64,000 nucleotides of DNA, from positions 64,001 through 128,000 of IMG/VR virus record IMGVR_UViG_3300036770_005084; one strand, given 5' to 3'. This stretch comes from a virus. Within the stretch, counting starts at the first letter, position 1, and each line of letters opens with the position of its first letter. A program made the translations under genes and the position numbers. Positions 35,313 to 43,756 of the stretch are shown in pieces. Below the pieces are notes generated by a model. That model worked only from the letters and a program-made list of their open reading frames with translations, made no database searches and was not told the origin of the DNA.

Positions 35313-36100
35313 ATAAAATTTCAGTTATAGGTACTGCCGTAGTAAATAGTTCATATTGGGTGTCTAGACTTATAATGAGTATAGATTATCCAGTAGAAAA
35401 TTTTGTTATTATTAATAATAATGGTAGAGGTGAACTTGATGACGAGTTAGATTTATTAAAAAGTTTAAACAAAAAATACATTGATAATATCAAAGTTTGT
35501 CACATGCCAGCAAATATTGGTTGCTCTGGAGCATGGAATTTAATAATTAAGTGTTATATGAATTCCCCTTATTGGATTATCGTCAATGACGATGTTTCTT
35601 TTGGTCCTGGACTACTAAAGGAGTTTTATGATACAATAAGTGAAGACCCAGAAATTGGAATAATACATGCTAATCCTGGTGATTTTAATGTTGGTAGTTG
35701 GGACTTATTTTTAATTCGAGATTTTGTAATTCAAAATTTTGGATTATTTGATGAAAACCTATATCCTGCTTATTGTGAGGATGCGGATTATATTATGAGA
35801 TTTATTCATAGACCAATAAAAAAAGTTACTTCTTTATCCTCAATGTATTATCATGGTCATGCAAGTAAAGAAAATTATTATTCACCATCTGGTGGAGGTC
35901 AGACTAAAAAAGCAGATCCAAGATTAGAAGAAATGTTGGATAAAATTAATGAAGTTAATTTTGAATATATGAATTCAAAATGGGGTCCAAATTGGAGAAG
36001 TTGTTCACCAACAGTTTACCCATTTAATCATGACACTATTCCAATATCATATACATCATATGATTTAAATTATGTTCGTTCAAAAAATTTAGGATTTTAA
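35309..36100 (+). CDS. GT-A fold (GT2-like) glycosyltransferase
   Basis: NIGCSGAWN, IVNDDV, GLFDENLYPAYCEDADY. Confidence 0.78.
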   Translation: MNKISVIGTAVVNSSYWVSRLIMSIDYPVENFVIINNNGRGELDDELDLLKSLNKKYIDNIKVCHMPANIGCSGAWNLIIKCYMNSPYWIIVNDDVSFGPGLLKEFYDTISEDPEIGIIHANPGDFNVGSWDLFLIRDFVIQNFGLFDENLYPAYCEDADYIMRFIHRPIKKVTSLSSMYYHGHASKENYYSPSGGGQTKKADPRLEEMLDKINEVNFEYMNSKWGPNWRSCSPTVYPFNHDTIPISYTSYDLNYVRSKNLGF

Positions 36101-36104
36101 AAAT

Positions 36105-36353
36105 ATGAAATTTACTGTATATTCTAAGTATGGTTGCCCATACTGTGTTAAGGTACTTTCTCTGCTAAATCAAGTTAGTGTTATGAAGGGAATTCAAGTA
36201 GTCGAATATGTACTTGGAACTCACTTTACAAAAGAAGAATTTTATTCTGAATTTGGTCAAGGTTCTACGTTCCCTCAAGTTATTTGTAATGAAACCCATA
36301 TTGGGGGATGTTCAGATACTGCTAAGTATTTAAAAGAACAAAATATCGTATAA
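36105..36353 (+). CDS. Glutaredoxin
   Basis: CPYC, TFPQV, IGGC. Confidence 0.92.
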   Translation: MKFTVYSKYGCPYCVKVLSLLNQVSVMKGIQVVEYVLGTHFTKEEFYSEFGQGSTFPQVICNETHIGGCSDTAKYLKEQNIV

Positions 36354-36532
36354 TGTCTACTATAAATAATGGTGGGTCCTCACAAATAAATCGAGGAGTG
36401 GAGTTGTTATTAAGGAAAGAAGTAAAAGTTAAAAATACGTTTTCAATTTATTTTGAAAAATTATTACTGTTTTTAAATAGAGAGTTGAAAATTTACTTTA
36501 ATTTTTCCTTTGATTTAAGGAAGCAAAAATAG
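36353..36532 (+). CDS. Small hypothetical protein (59 aa, ...INRGVELLLRK...)
   Basis: Translated by hand; TAATG coupling with glutaredoxin. Confidence 0.55.
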   Translation: MSTINNGGSSQINRGVELLLRKEVKVKNTFSIYFEKLLLFLNRELKIYFNFSFDLRKQK

Positions 36533-36546
36533 CAAAGGAGAAAACC

Positions 36547-36768
36547 ATGCTAGCAATTACCCTTGTATTTTCAACATTACTTTTTATTATGGCTTTAATT
36601 GTTGGAGGGTTATTTGGATGGGTTTACCGAGAATATATTTGGTCAACACGTCCAGAAAATATGCATCCTGAGTTATTTGATTCTAATGGAAATATTTTAC
36701 CAGATGAAATAATAGCATTTAGGTTTGAGCAATTAAATTCTGATGAAGAGGATTTAGAAGATTATTAA
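36547..36768 (+). CDS. Conserved cyanophage membrane protein
   Basis: TM helix, HPELFDSNGNILPDE, acidic tail; AAGGAG SD. Confidence 0.75.
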   Translation: MLAITLVFSTLLFIMALIVGGLFGWVYREYIWSTRPENMHPELFDSNGNILPDEIIAFRFEQLNSDEEDLEDY

Positions 36769-36786
36769 TTAAATGGAGATTAAACT

Positions 36787-37233
36787 ATGAAATTACCACC
36801 AAATCAATTGGTGTCTGAAGTTATTCAGAGAGTATCAAACGCAAAAACTAGGGATGAGAAGATAGAAATACTTCGTCATTATGATAATGTTGCTCTTAGG
36901 GCAGTTCTTATTTGGAATTTTGACAATAGAGTAGAATCTGCTATCCCAGAGGGTGAAGTTCCGTATACTCCAAATGATGCACCTATAGGAACTGAGCACT
37001 CACGATTAACTCAAGAGTGGAAAAAATTTAATCATTTTGTTAAAGGAGTAAATAATTTAGTCCAAACAAAACGGGAAGTTCTTTTTATTCAACTATGTGA
37101 GTCTTTACATAGTTCTGAGGCAGAAATTCTTTGTCTTACAAAAGATAAACAACTGCATAAAAGATATAAAATTACCAAAGCAGTTGTTAAAGACGCATTT
37201 CCAGATATAAATTGGGGGGTGGATGAAGATTGA
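36787..37233 (+). CDS. Conserved T4-like hypothetical protein
   Basis: PEGEVPY, KRE.LFIQLCESLH..EA motifs. Confidence 0.75.
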   Translation: MKLPPNQLVSEVIQRVSNAKTRDEKIEILRHYDNVALRAVLIWNFDNRVESAIPEGEVPYTPNDAPIGTEHSRLTQEWKKFNHFVKGVNNLVQTKREVLFIQLCESLHSSEAEILCLTKDKQLHKRYKITKAVVKDAFPDINWGVDED

Positions 37234-37481
37234 AAATAATATCTGAAAAGTGTGAAAAGAAAGAGTCTAATGATAAATCATTACCATTAGACTCCTATCT
37301 AGTCACTTATAAAATAGAAGATGAACTTTTTTATGATATAGTGCAGTCTTCATCATCTGTCGAAATATTTGATTATTATTATGATACTTATGGTAAAAAT
37401 TCTATATTAAAATATGAATGGACAAAGGGATCCGTAAATCCTAAACTCTATAGATATTCAAAGAAGAGTAATAAAAAATAA
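37230..37481 (+). CDS. Hypothetical protein
   Basis: DKSLPLDSYLVTY, IFDYYYD, VNPKL. Confidence 0.7.
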   Translation: MKIISEKCEKKESNDKSLPLDSYLVTYKIEDELFYDIVQSSSSVEIFDYYYDTYGKNSILKYEWTKGSVNPKLYRYSKKSNKK

Positions 37482-37807
37482 TGGGGAAGCATTATCTATT
37501 AAATTTGTATGGATGCTCTTTTGTCCTTTTGGACGATGAGAAATATCTTATTGACTTATTAGAGAATGCTGCAATTTCTAGTGGAGCAACAGTAATACAA
37601 ACTATATCTAAAAAATTTGACCCTCAGGGAGTAACAGTAATATGTTTATTATCTGAGAGTCATATTAGTATTCATACTTGGCCTGAAGATGGTAAGGCAG
37701 CAGTAGATATATATACCTGTGGAGATTGTAATCCAAAGATTGGTTGTGATATCGTAATTCATCAACTCTACGCACAAAATCATACTTTGAGTTATATAGA
37801 AAGATAG
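37481..37807 (+). CDS. speD: S-adenosylmethionine decarboxylase proenzyme
   Basis: GKH, FDPQGVT, LSESHISIHTWPE (pyruvoyl cleavage site ES), DIYTCG. Confidence 0.93.
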   Translation: MGKHYLLNLYGCSFVLLDDEKYLIDLLENAAISSGATVIQTISKKFDPQGVTVICLLSESHISIHTWPEDGKAAVDIYTCGDCNPKIGCDIVIHQLYAQNHTLSYIER

Positions 37808-37845
37808 TGTATAATATTATACAAAATTACTTTACTACATAAAAT

Positions 37846-37891
37846 ACGTTCATCACATTAGTGACGGAAGTAGGGAAACCGAAGGAACGCA
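37846..37891 (+). ncRNA. Glutamine riboswitch (glnA-type three-way junction)
   Basis: CGTTC...GAACG P1; TCAC-atta-GTGA P2; CGGAAGTA junction; GG-GAAA-CC P3; GAAG element. Confidence 0.8.
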
Positions 37892-37918
37892 CTTTTACAA
37901 TAGTAAAGGAGCACCCTA

Positions 37919-38077
37919 ATGTCTAAAGCAACTTATAGAGGTTGTCAGTATGATACTGATTTACCTAAAGAAGAATATCGTAAGTGGTATTCAATGACTC
38001 ATTCACCAACACATGCAAATAATGTATATCGTGGAACTGAGTATCGTCCCTGCAATAATCAGGAGGTTGCAAAGTGA
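37919..38077 (+). CDS. DUF4278-like small protein (52 aa, two YRG..Y repeats)
   Basis: MSKATYRGCQYD...NVYRGTEYRPC; AAGGAG SD; directly downstream of riboswitch. Confidence 0.8.
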   Translation: MSKATYRGCQYDTDLPKEEYRKWYSMTHSPTHANNVYRGTEYRPCNNQEVAK

Positions 38078-38175
38078 ATAGTTATTTTGTTAGATATCTT
38101 AAGAATAAAGATAGGAAGGAAAAACTTTTAAAGATCGCACAAATTAATATGGCAAAGCAACCTCAAGTTGCTTGA
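38074..38175 (+). CDS. Small basic peptide (33 aa, MNSYFVRYLKNKDRKEKLLKIAQINMAKQPQVA)
   Basis: GTG start overlapping upstream TGA; AGGAGG SD at 38061-38066. Confidence 0.65.
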   Translation: MNSYFVRYLKNKDRKEKLLKIAQINMAKQPQVA

Positions 38176-38181
38176 TATATT

Positions 38182-38220
38182 AGAGGGGAACTTGACTTCC
38201 CCTCTTTTTTTGTGTAAAAT
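38182..38220 (+). terminator. Terminator with an embedded sigma70 promoter
   Basis: AGAGGGGAA-cttgac-TTCCCCTCT-T run; TTGACT (38192) -17nt- TAAAAT (38215). Confidence 0.75.
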
Positions 38221-38241
38221 TCAAGAAACACTATTCACGAT

Positions 38242-38406
38242 ATGGATGTAGAAAAAATTAAACTCATCATCAATAATATGGAATGTCTTGTGCGGTGTTT
38301 GAAAGAAGAAATTGCAAACAAAGAATTGCCAAATGTGGAGTATGAAAATTTTATTGCTCCTTACGATGACAACGATTATGATGAAGTGTATCTAGATGAG
38401 AATTAA
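38242..38406 (+). CDS. Small acidic hypothetical protein (54 aa)
   Basis: MDVEKIKLIINNMECLV...DYDEVY; translated by hand. Confidence 0.6.
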   Translation: MDVEKIKLIINNMECLVRCLKEEIANKELPNVEYENFIAPYDDNDYDEVYLDEN

Positions 38407-38557
38407 AAAGATGGTGAGATTGCTTAAAGAAGCAATAGATCAAAAACAAGATCTTTATTCAGAAAAAGAATTAGATTATATGAAATCTCAATTGGAGAAT
38501 ATTGAAAGTCAAATTAAATTAGCAAAAAGAATGGACTATAGGGGGTTTGGTAAATGA
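38396..38557 (+). CDS. Small hypothetical protein (53 aa)
   Basis: ...LYSEKELDYMKSQL...RGFGK; overlaps thyX start. Confidence 0.6.
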   Translation: MRIKKMVRLLKEAIDQKQDLYSEKELDYMKSQLENIESQIKLAKRMDYRGFGK

Positions 38558-39213
38558 TTAAACTAATTTCAATTACTCAAGGTGCAGGAGAACTTATTAA
38601 TACAAATGCACAAGAAGTGATTTCATATATTGCGAGAGTTAGTAATCCAAATAATCAATTGAATTTTGATACTGCTGCTGGTCTCCTTAAATACTGTATT
38701 AAGCATGAACATTGGAGCATTTTTGAACATGCTTTTATGACACTTGAGATTAATACTACCAGAGGTATCGCAGCACAAATTCTTCGACATAGGAGCTTTA
38801 CATTCCAAGAATTTTCACAACGGTATGCCGATACAAAACTTCTTTCTGATCGTCCCGTGATTCCAGACCTTCGCAGGCAAGACAATAAAAATCGTCAGAA
38901 TTCAATTGATGATTTTGGTGATTATAAAAAACTCAAAATGCAAGGAGAAATCCAAGAATATTTTGAGAGAGGTCAACAACTTTATAACAGTCTTCTTAGT
39001 CAAGGAGTTGCTAAGGAATGTGCAAGATTTGTACTTCCATTATCAACACCAACTAGAATTTATATGACTGGATCTTGCAGGTCATGGGTACATTACATCA
39101 ATCTTCGTTCTGCCCATGGAACCCAAAAAGAACATATGGAGATTGCTGAAGGATGTATGGAAATTTTTAATCAACAATTCCCAGATGTCGCAAAGGCACT
39201 TGACTGGGTATAA
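38554..39213 (+). CDS. thyX: Flavin-dependent thymidylate synthase
   Basis: HWSIFEH, QILRHRSFTFQEFSQRY, ARFVLP, HGTQKEH. Confidence 0.96.
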   Translation: MIKLISITQGAGELINTNAQEVISYIARVSNPNNQLNFDTAAGLLKYCIKHEHWSIFEHAFMTLEINTTRGIAAQILRHRSFTFQEFSQRYADTKLLSDRPVIPDLRRQDNKNRQNSIDDFGDYKKLKMQGEIQEYFERGQQLYNSLLSQGVAKECARFVLPLSTPTRIYMTGSCRSWVHYINLRSAHGTQKEHMEIAEGCMEIFNQQFPDVAKALDWV

Positions 39214-39238
39214 ATAAAATGTATTGATTTCATAACTT

Positions 39239-39481
39239 ATGGCAATTTATCCTGTTATTCATATAGATACTGGAGAAAAGAAAGAAGTTGAGATGAGTGT
39301 TCATGAGATCACTCAATGGTATAAAGACAATCCCGAATGGAAACGAGATTGGTCTGAAGGTTGTGCAAGTCCTGGAGAAGTTGGTGATTGGAAGAATAAA
39401 CTAGTCAGCAGAAATCCAGGATGGAATGATGTGCTTGCAAAGGCAAGCAAAGCTCCAGGTTCCCGTGTAAAGAAAATCTAA
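39239..39481 (+). CDS. Conserved T4-like hypothetical protein
   Basis: MAIYPV..TGE...GWNDVL.K...PGS. Confidence 0.75.
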   Translation: MAIYPVIHIDTGEKKEVEMSVHEITQWYKDNPEWKRDWSEGCASPGEVGDWKNKLVSRNPGWNDVLAKASKAPGSRVKKI

Positions 39482-40239
39482 TGGCAAGAAAAAGAAGAAA
39501 TAACGATTTGCATCCAATTGGAATTGGAATGACTGCTAAGCAAATGAAAAGAAGAAAACCAATTAATACTGATCTTCTTGTAGATGTTAAACCGGCAACA
39601 GAAAATCAAGGAAAGTTATTTGAAGCATACGAATCCGACAAACATTTATTTGTATATGGATGTGCAGGAACTGGAAAGACCTTCTGTGCATTATACTTGG
39701 CACTAAAAGATGTACTAACTGAAATTACTCCATATCAAAAAATTGTAATTGTAAGATCACTTGTACCTTCTAGAGAAATTGGATTCCTTCCTGGTGATCA
39801 TGAGGACAAAGCATCACTTTATCAAATTCCATATAAGAATATGGTAAAGTATATGTTTGAAATGCCTACCGATTCAGATTTTGAAATGCTGTATGGCAAC
39901 TTGAAACAACAAGAGACAATTACATTCTGGAGTACATCTTTCATTCGTGGTACAACTTTAGACAATTCTGTTATTATTGTAGATGAGTGTCAGAACTTGA
40001 ACTTCCATGAATTAGATAGTATAATTACTAGGGTTGGAGATAATTCCAGAATTGTATTCTGTGGTGATGCAACTCAATCAGATCTAACAAAAAATTATGA
40101 GAAAAATGGCATCCTAGACTTTATGAAAATTACAAAACGTATGCCAGAATTTGAACACATTGAATTTGGTGTAGATGATATTGTAAGGTCTGGACTCGTT
40201 AAATCTTATATCGTTAATAAAATGTCTGAAGGATTTTAA
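39481..40239 (+). CDS. phoH: PhoH-family ATPase
   Basis: GCAGTGKT, IGFLPG, RGTTLD, DECQN, GDATQSD, DIVRSG. Confidence 0.95.
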   Translation: MARKRRNNDLHPIGIGMTAKQMKRRKPINTDLLVDVKPATENQGKLFEAYESDKHLFVYGCAGTGKTFCALYLALKDVLTEITPYQKIVIVRSLVPSREIGFLPGDHEDKASLYQIPYKNMVKYMFEMPTDSDFEMLYGNLKQQETITFWSTSFIRGTTLDNSVIIVDECQNLNFHELDSIITRVGDNSRIVFCGDATQSDLTKNYEKNGILDFMKITKRMPEFEHIEFGVDDIVRSGLVKSYIVNKMSEGF

Positions 40240-40922
40240 TGTTTAATCATGTTAGTGATGTAAGTCTCCCTCAACTTGAGAGGGAGACTATAGATGGAGT
40301 CAGGTATTATAAAATACCTGACAATTCAGAACTCCTTAAATTTGTATCTATTACTTCTGTTACAAGTCATCATAACAGACACATATTTGAAGAATGGAGA
40401 AATAAAGTTGGTGAAGAAGAAGCAAACAAAATAAACAAGGCAGCAACTACTCGTGGAACACAACTTCACAGCATGGTTGAAAATTATTTGCTTAATATTC
40501 CCGAACTTCCAGAGGGATCACCAATTTCTAAACATTTGTTTAGAATCATAACTCCAGAATTAAAAAAAATAAATAATATTTATGCTTTAGAAAATTCTTT
40601 ATACAGTAAAATTCTTGGTATTGCAGGAACAGTAGACTGTATCGCAGAATATAATGGAGAACTTTCTATTATTGACTTTAAGACTTCTAAGAAACCTAAA
40701 CCATTGAAATGGATTGAACACTATTTTGTTCAAGCAGCAGCATACGCATGTATGTTTTATGAGTTAACTGGAATCCCCGTGAAAAAACTCGTAATTCTAA
40801 TGGCATGTGAAGATGGTGAATGCGTTGTTTATGAAGAATATAACAAAGCAAAATACATCAAACTTTTATCAACCTACATTAAAGACTTCATAGAATCTAA
40901 ACTAAAAGAATATGGAAAATAA
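40239..40922 (+). CDS. PD-(D/E)XK exonuclease
   Basis: SITSV, RGTQLH, AGTVDC, IIDFKTS, Q.AAYA. Confidence 0.88.
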   Translation: MFNHVSDVSLPQLERETIDGVRYYKIPDNSELLKFVSITSVTSHHNRHIFEEWRNKVGEEEANKINKAATTRGTQLHSMVENYLLNIPELPEGSPISKHLFRIITPELKKINNIYALENSLYSKILGIAGTVDCIAEYNGELSIIDFKTSKKPKPLKWIEHYFVQAAAYACMFYELTGIPVKKLVILMACEDGECVVYEEYNKAKYIKLLSTYIKDFIESKLKEYGK

Positions 40923-41169
40923 CATAGAAAGTATTTTAGAGAAAAAATTTTTATGTCAAAGTAAATTTTCTAAAATTATCGAGGACATTGTAAAAGTAAA
41001 TTCTGAGATGAATTATATTGATGCAATAGTTCATTATTGTGATGAAAACAATATTGAAATTGAATCTGTATCTAAGTTAATTAGTAAACCACTTAAAGAA
41101 AAGATTAAGTGTGATGCTATTAATTTAAATTTTTTGAAACGAACTAGTAGAGCAAAACTTTTTATATGA
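40912..41169 (+). CDS. 33: Late transcription coactivator gp33
   Basis: NYIDAIVHYC..NNIE.E...LISKPLKEKI. Confidence 0.88.
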   Translation: MENNIESILEKKFLCQSKFSKIIEDIVKVNSEMNYIDAIVHYCDENNIEIESVSKLISKPLKEKIKCDAINLNFLKRTSRAKLFI

Positions 41170-41756
41170 CACCATTTGATGCTTATAGACAATACTTGGC
41201 ACTAAAAAATCATTTTAGTAAACCAAAATATGATTATCATCGTTATGCAGGAAAATCTAAAGCATCAATAGAATCATTTAATAAAAGAAAAGATAGATAT
41301 TGGTTTGAAAAAATATCAAGACAAAAATCAGATAAGGAGATCATAGATTTCTTTATCTCAAATTTTGTTGGCACTGATGATCCATCTATACTTTGGATTG
41401 GTAGTATTATCAGAGGTGGTGATGAATGTTATAGAGAATGGGTTAAACGGCAGCAAAGTTTAAAGTACTTATTCAAAGAGCAATCATCAGAATTACTATC
41501 AAAATATACTTTGGAGGAATTATTTGATTGCTCTAAGAATCATCCACCTTTACTTAAAAAGTTTTTAAGTTCCGAAGTATCACCAGAAGTGCTAGTGATA
41601 TATGAGAAAATATTTTCATATTCAAAAAATTTCGATAAAACTCTTTTAGATCCAATTTGGGAAATAGTTGCATTGAAAGTGAAGAAGTATTCTCCATTTC
41701 TAAATATTGATGTTGGTGAATATAAAACAATATTAAGAAGTATAATAGGAGAATAA
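41166..41756 (+). CDS. 59: Helicase loader gp59
   Basis: YLALKNHF...YDY, F.KRKDRY.FEK, KY.PFL. Confidence 0.88.
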   Translation: MTPFDAYRQYLALKNHFSKPKYDYHRYAGKSKASIESFNKRKDRYWFEKISRQKSDKEIIDFFISNFVGTDDPSILWIGSIIRGGDECYREWVKRQQSLKYLFKEQSSELLSKYTLEELFDCSKNHPPLLKKFLSSEVSPEVLVIYEKIFSYSKNFDKTLLDPIWEIVALKVKKYSPFLNIDVGEYKTILRSIIGE

Positions 41757-41759
41757 TAA

Positions 41760-42080
41760 ATGTCGTTCTTTAGTTCCGAAATTGTTAAGAATGAACTGGA
41801 TGAAATTAATGAAATCCAAGTTAAAATCGCAAAGGATGTATTTAAATATCCAATAATGACTTTAGAGGAAAAGAGAGATCATATTAAACTTCTAAATACT
41901 TTGTTGGAAAAGCAACAATTAATGTATACAAGATTGAGTCTTTCTGATGATCCAGATGCGATTAAAATGAAAAAAGGAATTGAGGACTCATCAAGACTAC
42001 TTGGGTTTGAAAATAATGATGTACACTCAGTGTTCAGGTCAATGAAAATGACTATCAAAAATCTTGAGCAAAATCTATAG
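41760..42080 (+). CDS. Conserved cyanobacterial/cyanophage protein (DUF1825-like)
   Basis: MSFFSSEIV...LLEKQ..MYTRLSLSDDP.A. Confidence 0.75.
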   Translation: MSFFSSEIVKNELDEINEIQVKIAKDVFKYPIMTLEEKRDHIKLLNTLLEKQQLMYTRLSLSDDPDAIKMKKGIEDSSRLLGFENNDVHSVFRSMKMTIKNLEQNL

Positions 42081-42082
42081 AC

Positions 42083-42111
42083 TTGACACTACACCTAATA
42101 TCTGCTATAGT
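42083..42111 (+). promoter_or_regulatory. sigma70-type promoter for gene 32
   Basis: TTGACA-17nt-TATAGT with extended -10 TG. Confidence 0.75.
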
Positions 42112-42122
42112 TGTTAGGTCGC

Positions 42123-42170
42123 AACTAATCCGACAAATCTAACTAATCCGATTAATCCGAGGTAATCCTA
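42123..42170 (+). repeat. TAATCC(GA) repeats in gene 32 leader
   Basis: AACTAATCCGA x2, TTAATCCGA, GTAATCCTA directly upstream of ATG. Confidence 0.8.
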
Positions 42171-42171
42171 A

Positions 42172-43080
42172 ATGTCTTTTTCTGACCTTAAGAAAAAATC
42201 TTCTCTTGGTTCCCTAACTTCAAAACTACTTACGGAAGTAGAGAAGATGAGCAGTTCAACTTCTGGATCTGATGAACGGATCTGGAAACCTGAAGTTGAT
42301 AAAGCAGGAAATGGATTTGCAATTATTCGATTTCTACCTGCTCCCAATGGTGAAGATATCCCATGGGCAAAGGTATATAATCATGCATTCCAAGGTCCTG
42401 GTGGTTGGTTGATTGATAATTGTCTAACAACTGTAAATCAATCCTGTCCGGTATGTGAAGCAAATCGTGAACTCTGGAATACAGGAAGCAAAGCAAATCA
42501 AGATATTGTACGTCAACGCAAACGTAAACTATCGTATTACAGCAATATCTATGTTGTAAGTGATAAAGCACATCCAGAAAACGAGGGTAAAGTTTTTCTA
42601 TTCAAATACGGAAAGAAAATCTTTGATAAGATTTCTGCTGCAATGAAACCTGAGTTTGATGATGAAACTCCAATTGATCCATTTGATTTTTGGAATGGTG
42701 CCAACTTCAAAGTAAAAATTACTAAGAAAGATGGTTATTGGAACTACGATAAATCTGAATTTGATCGTCCTGGTGTACTTAATGATTTTGACGATGAAAC
42801 TCTAGAGAAAATTTGGAAGCAAGCATATTCTCTTGAAGACTTCACGAAGTCTGATGTATTTAAAACATATGAGCAACTTGATGCTCGTCTAAAAGCAGTC
42901 CTTGGCAAAAAGACTGTAAAACCAGATGAATCATTTGATGATGAAGATTCTGATAGTGCTCCTCCAGTTCCTCAGAGCATGAAGGAAGAACTTGAAAGTA
43001 TTTCTTCTTACTCATCATCTAATGATAGTCTTGAAGAAGATGATACTCTAAGTTACTTTGCTCGTCTAGCAGAAGAGTGA
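42172..43080 (+). CDS. 32: Single-stranded DNA-binding protein gp32
   Basis: DKAGNGFAIIRFLP, NCLTT...CPVCE, KYGKKIFDKI, NYDKSEF, acidic tail. Confidence 0.96.
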   Translation: MSFSDLKKKSSLGSLTSKLLTEVEKMSSSTSGSDERIWKPEVDKAGNGFAIIRFLPAPNGEDIPWAKVYNHAFQGPGGWLIDNCLTTVNQSCPVCEANRELWNTGSKANQDIVRQRKRKLSYYSNIYVVSDKAHPENEGKVFLFKYGKKIFDKISAAMKPEFDDETPIDPFDFWNGANFKVKITKKDGYWNYDKSEFDRPGVLNDFDDETLEKIWKQAYSLEDFTKSDVFKTYEQLDARLKAVLGKKTVKPDESFDDEDSDSAPPVPQSMKEELESISSYSSSNDSLEEDDTLSYFARLAEE

Positions 43081-43743
43081 TTAACGTGGGGAGATAATTC
43101 TTAAATTATCTCCCTTTTTTGTTTTATCATCAATGAACTGTGAAGAGAATCCATATGACATTATTTCAAGCATATCATCTATTGCTGTCTGTAAAAATCT
43201 TCTTCTAAGTAAATATATTGTTCTTTTATTGTTATTTACCTCTACTTCATACTCATAATTCGAAACACTTTTTAGTGGGGATATAGTTTTGGTTTCACCT
43301 ACTCTTTCATCATAATAACTAGTTTCAAAATCAGGATCTACTATTCTTCCACTAGGAACAATTAATCTCCCTCTGCCATCGTAATAAGTGACAGTTTCGT
43401 AATGATGAATAGCATCAATTTCTGTTGGATCATATTTTCTTTTTAGATATTGATCGAAGTCATATCCATTCATAGGCCATTCTGTTTTAATATCAATTAT
43501 ATTATTTGATATTAAAACAATCCAATCATATCTTGAACTTCCATAATAAGAATTTGCAATTTGATCTGGACGTTCATCCCCAGTAATTGTATACTTAGTA
43601 AACACCGTTACATCTTTAAAGAATTCATCTCTTATTTTTGCTCTGCGAAATAAATTCTTTACTTTAATAAAATCTAATGAAGATTTTACTGTAGGTAATT
43701 GAGATTGGTAGTAAAGATCTGATACCTGGTTAAAGTAAGACAT
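43081..43743 (-). CDS. 53: Baseplate wedge subunit gp53
   Basis: MSYF, ERPDQIA..YYG...DWIVL..NNI, IHHYET, NYEYE..N..KR. Confidence 0.9.
   Translation of the reverse strand: MSYFNQVSDLYYQSQLPTVKSSLDFIKVKNLFRRAKIRDEFFKDVTVFTKYTITGDERPDQIANSYYGSSRYDWIVLISNNIIDIKTEWPMNGYDFDQYLKRKYDPTEIDAIHHYETVTYYDGRGRLIVPSGRIVDPDFETSYYDERVGETKTISPLKSVSNYEYEVEVNNNKRTIYLLRRRFLQTAIDDMLEIMSYGFSSQFIDDKTKKGDNLRIISPR
43089..43120 (+). terminator. Gene 32 terminator lying within the 3' end of convergent gene 53
   Basis: GGGAGATAATT-ctta-AATTATCTCCC-TTTTTT. Confidence 0.75.
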
Positions 43744-43756
43744 TAGATTTTAAAAA

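Noticed and set aside
40239-40922. Cas4-like nuclease implying a CRISPR system
   Set aside because: Core T4-like exonuclease in its usual phoH-gp33 context; no repeat-spacer array or other cas genes seen in the window.
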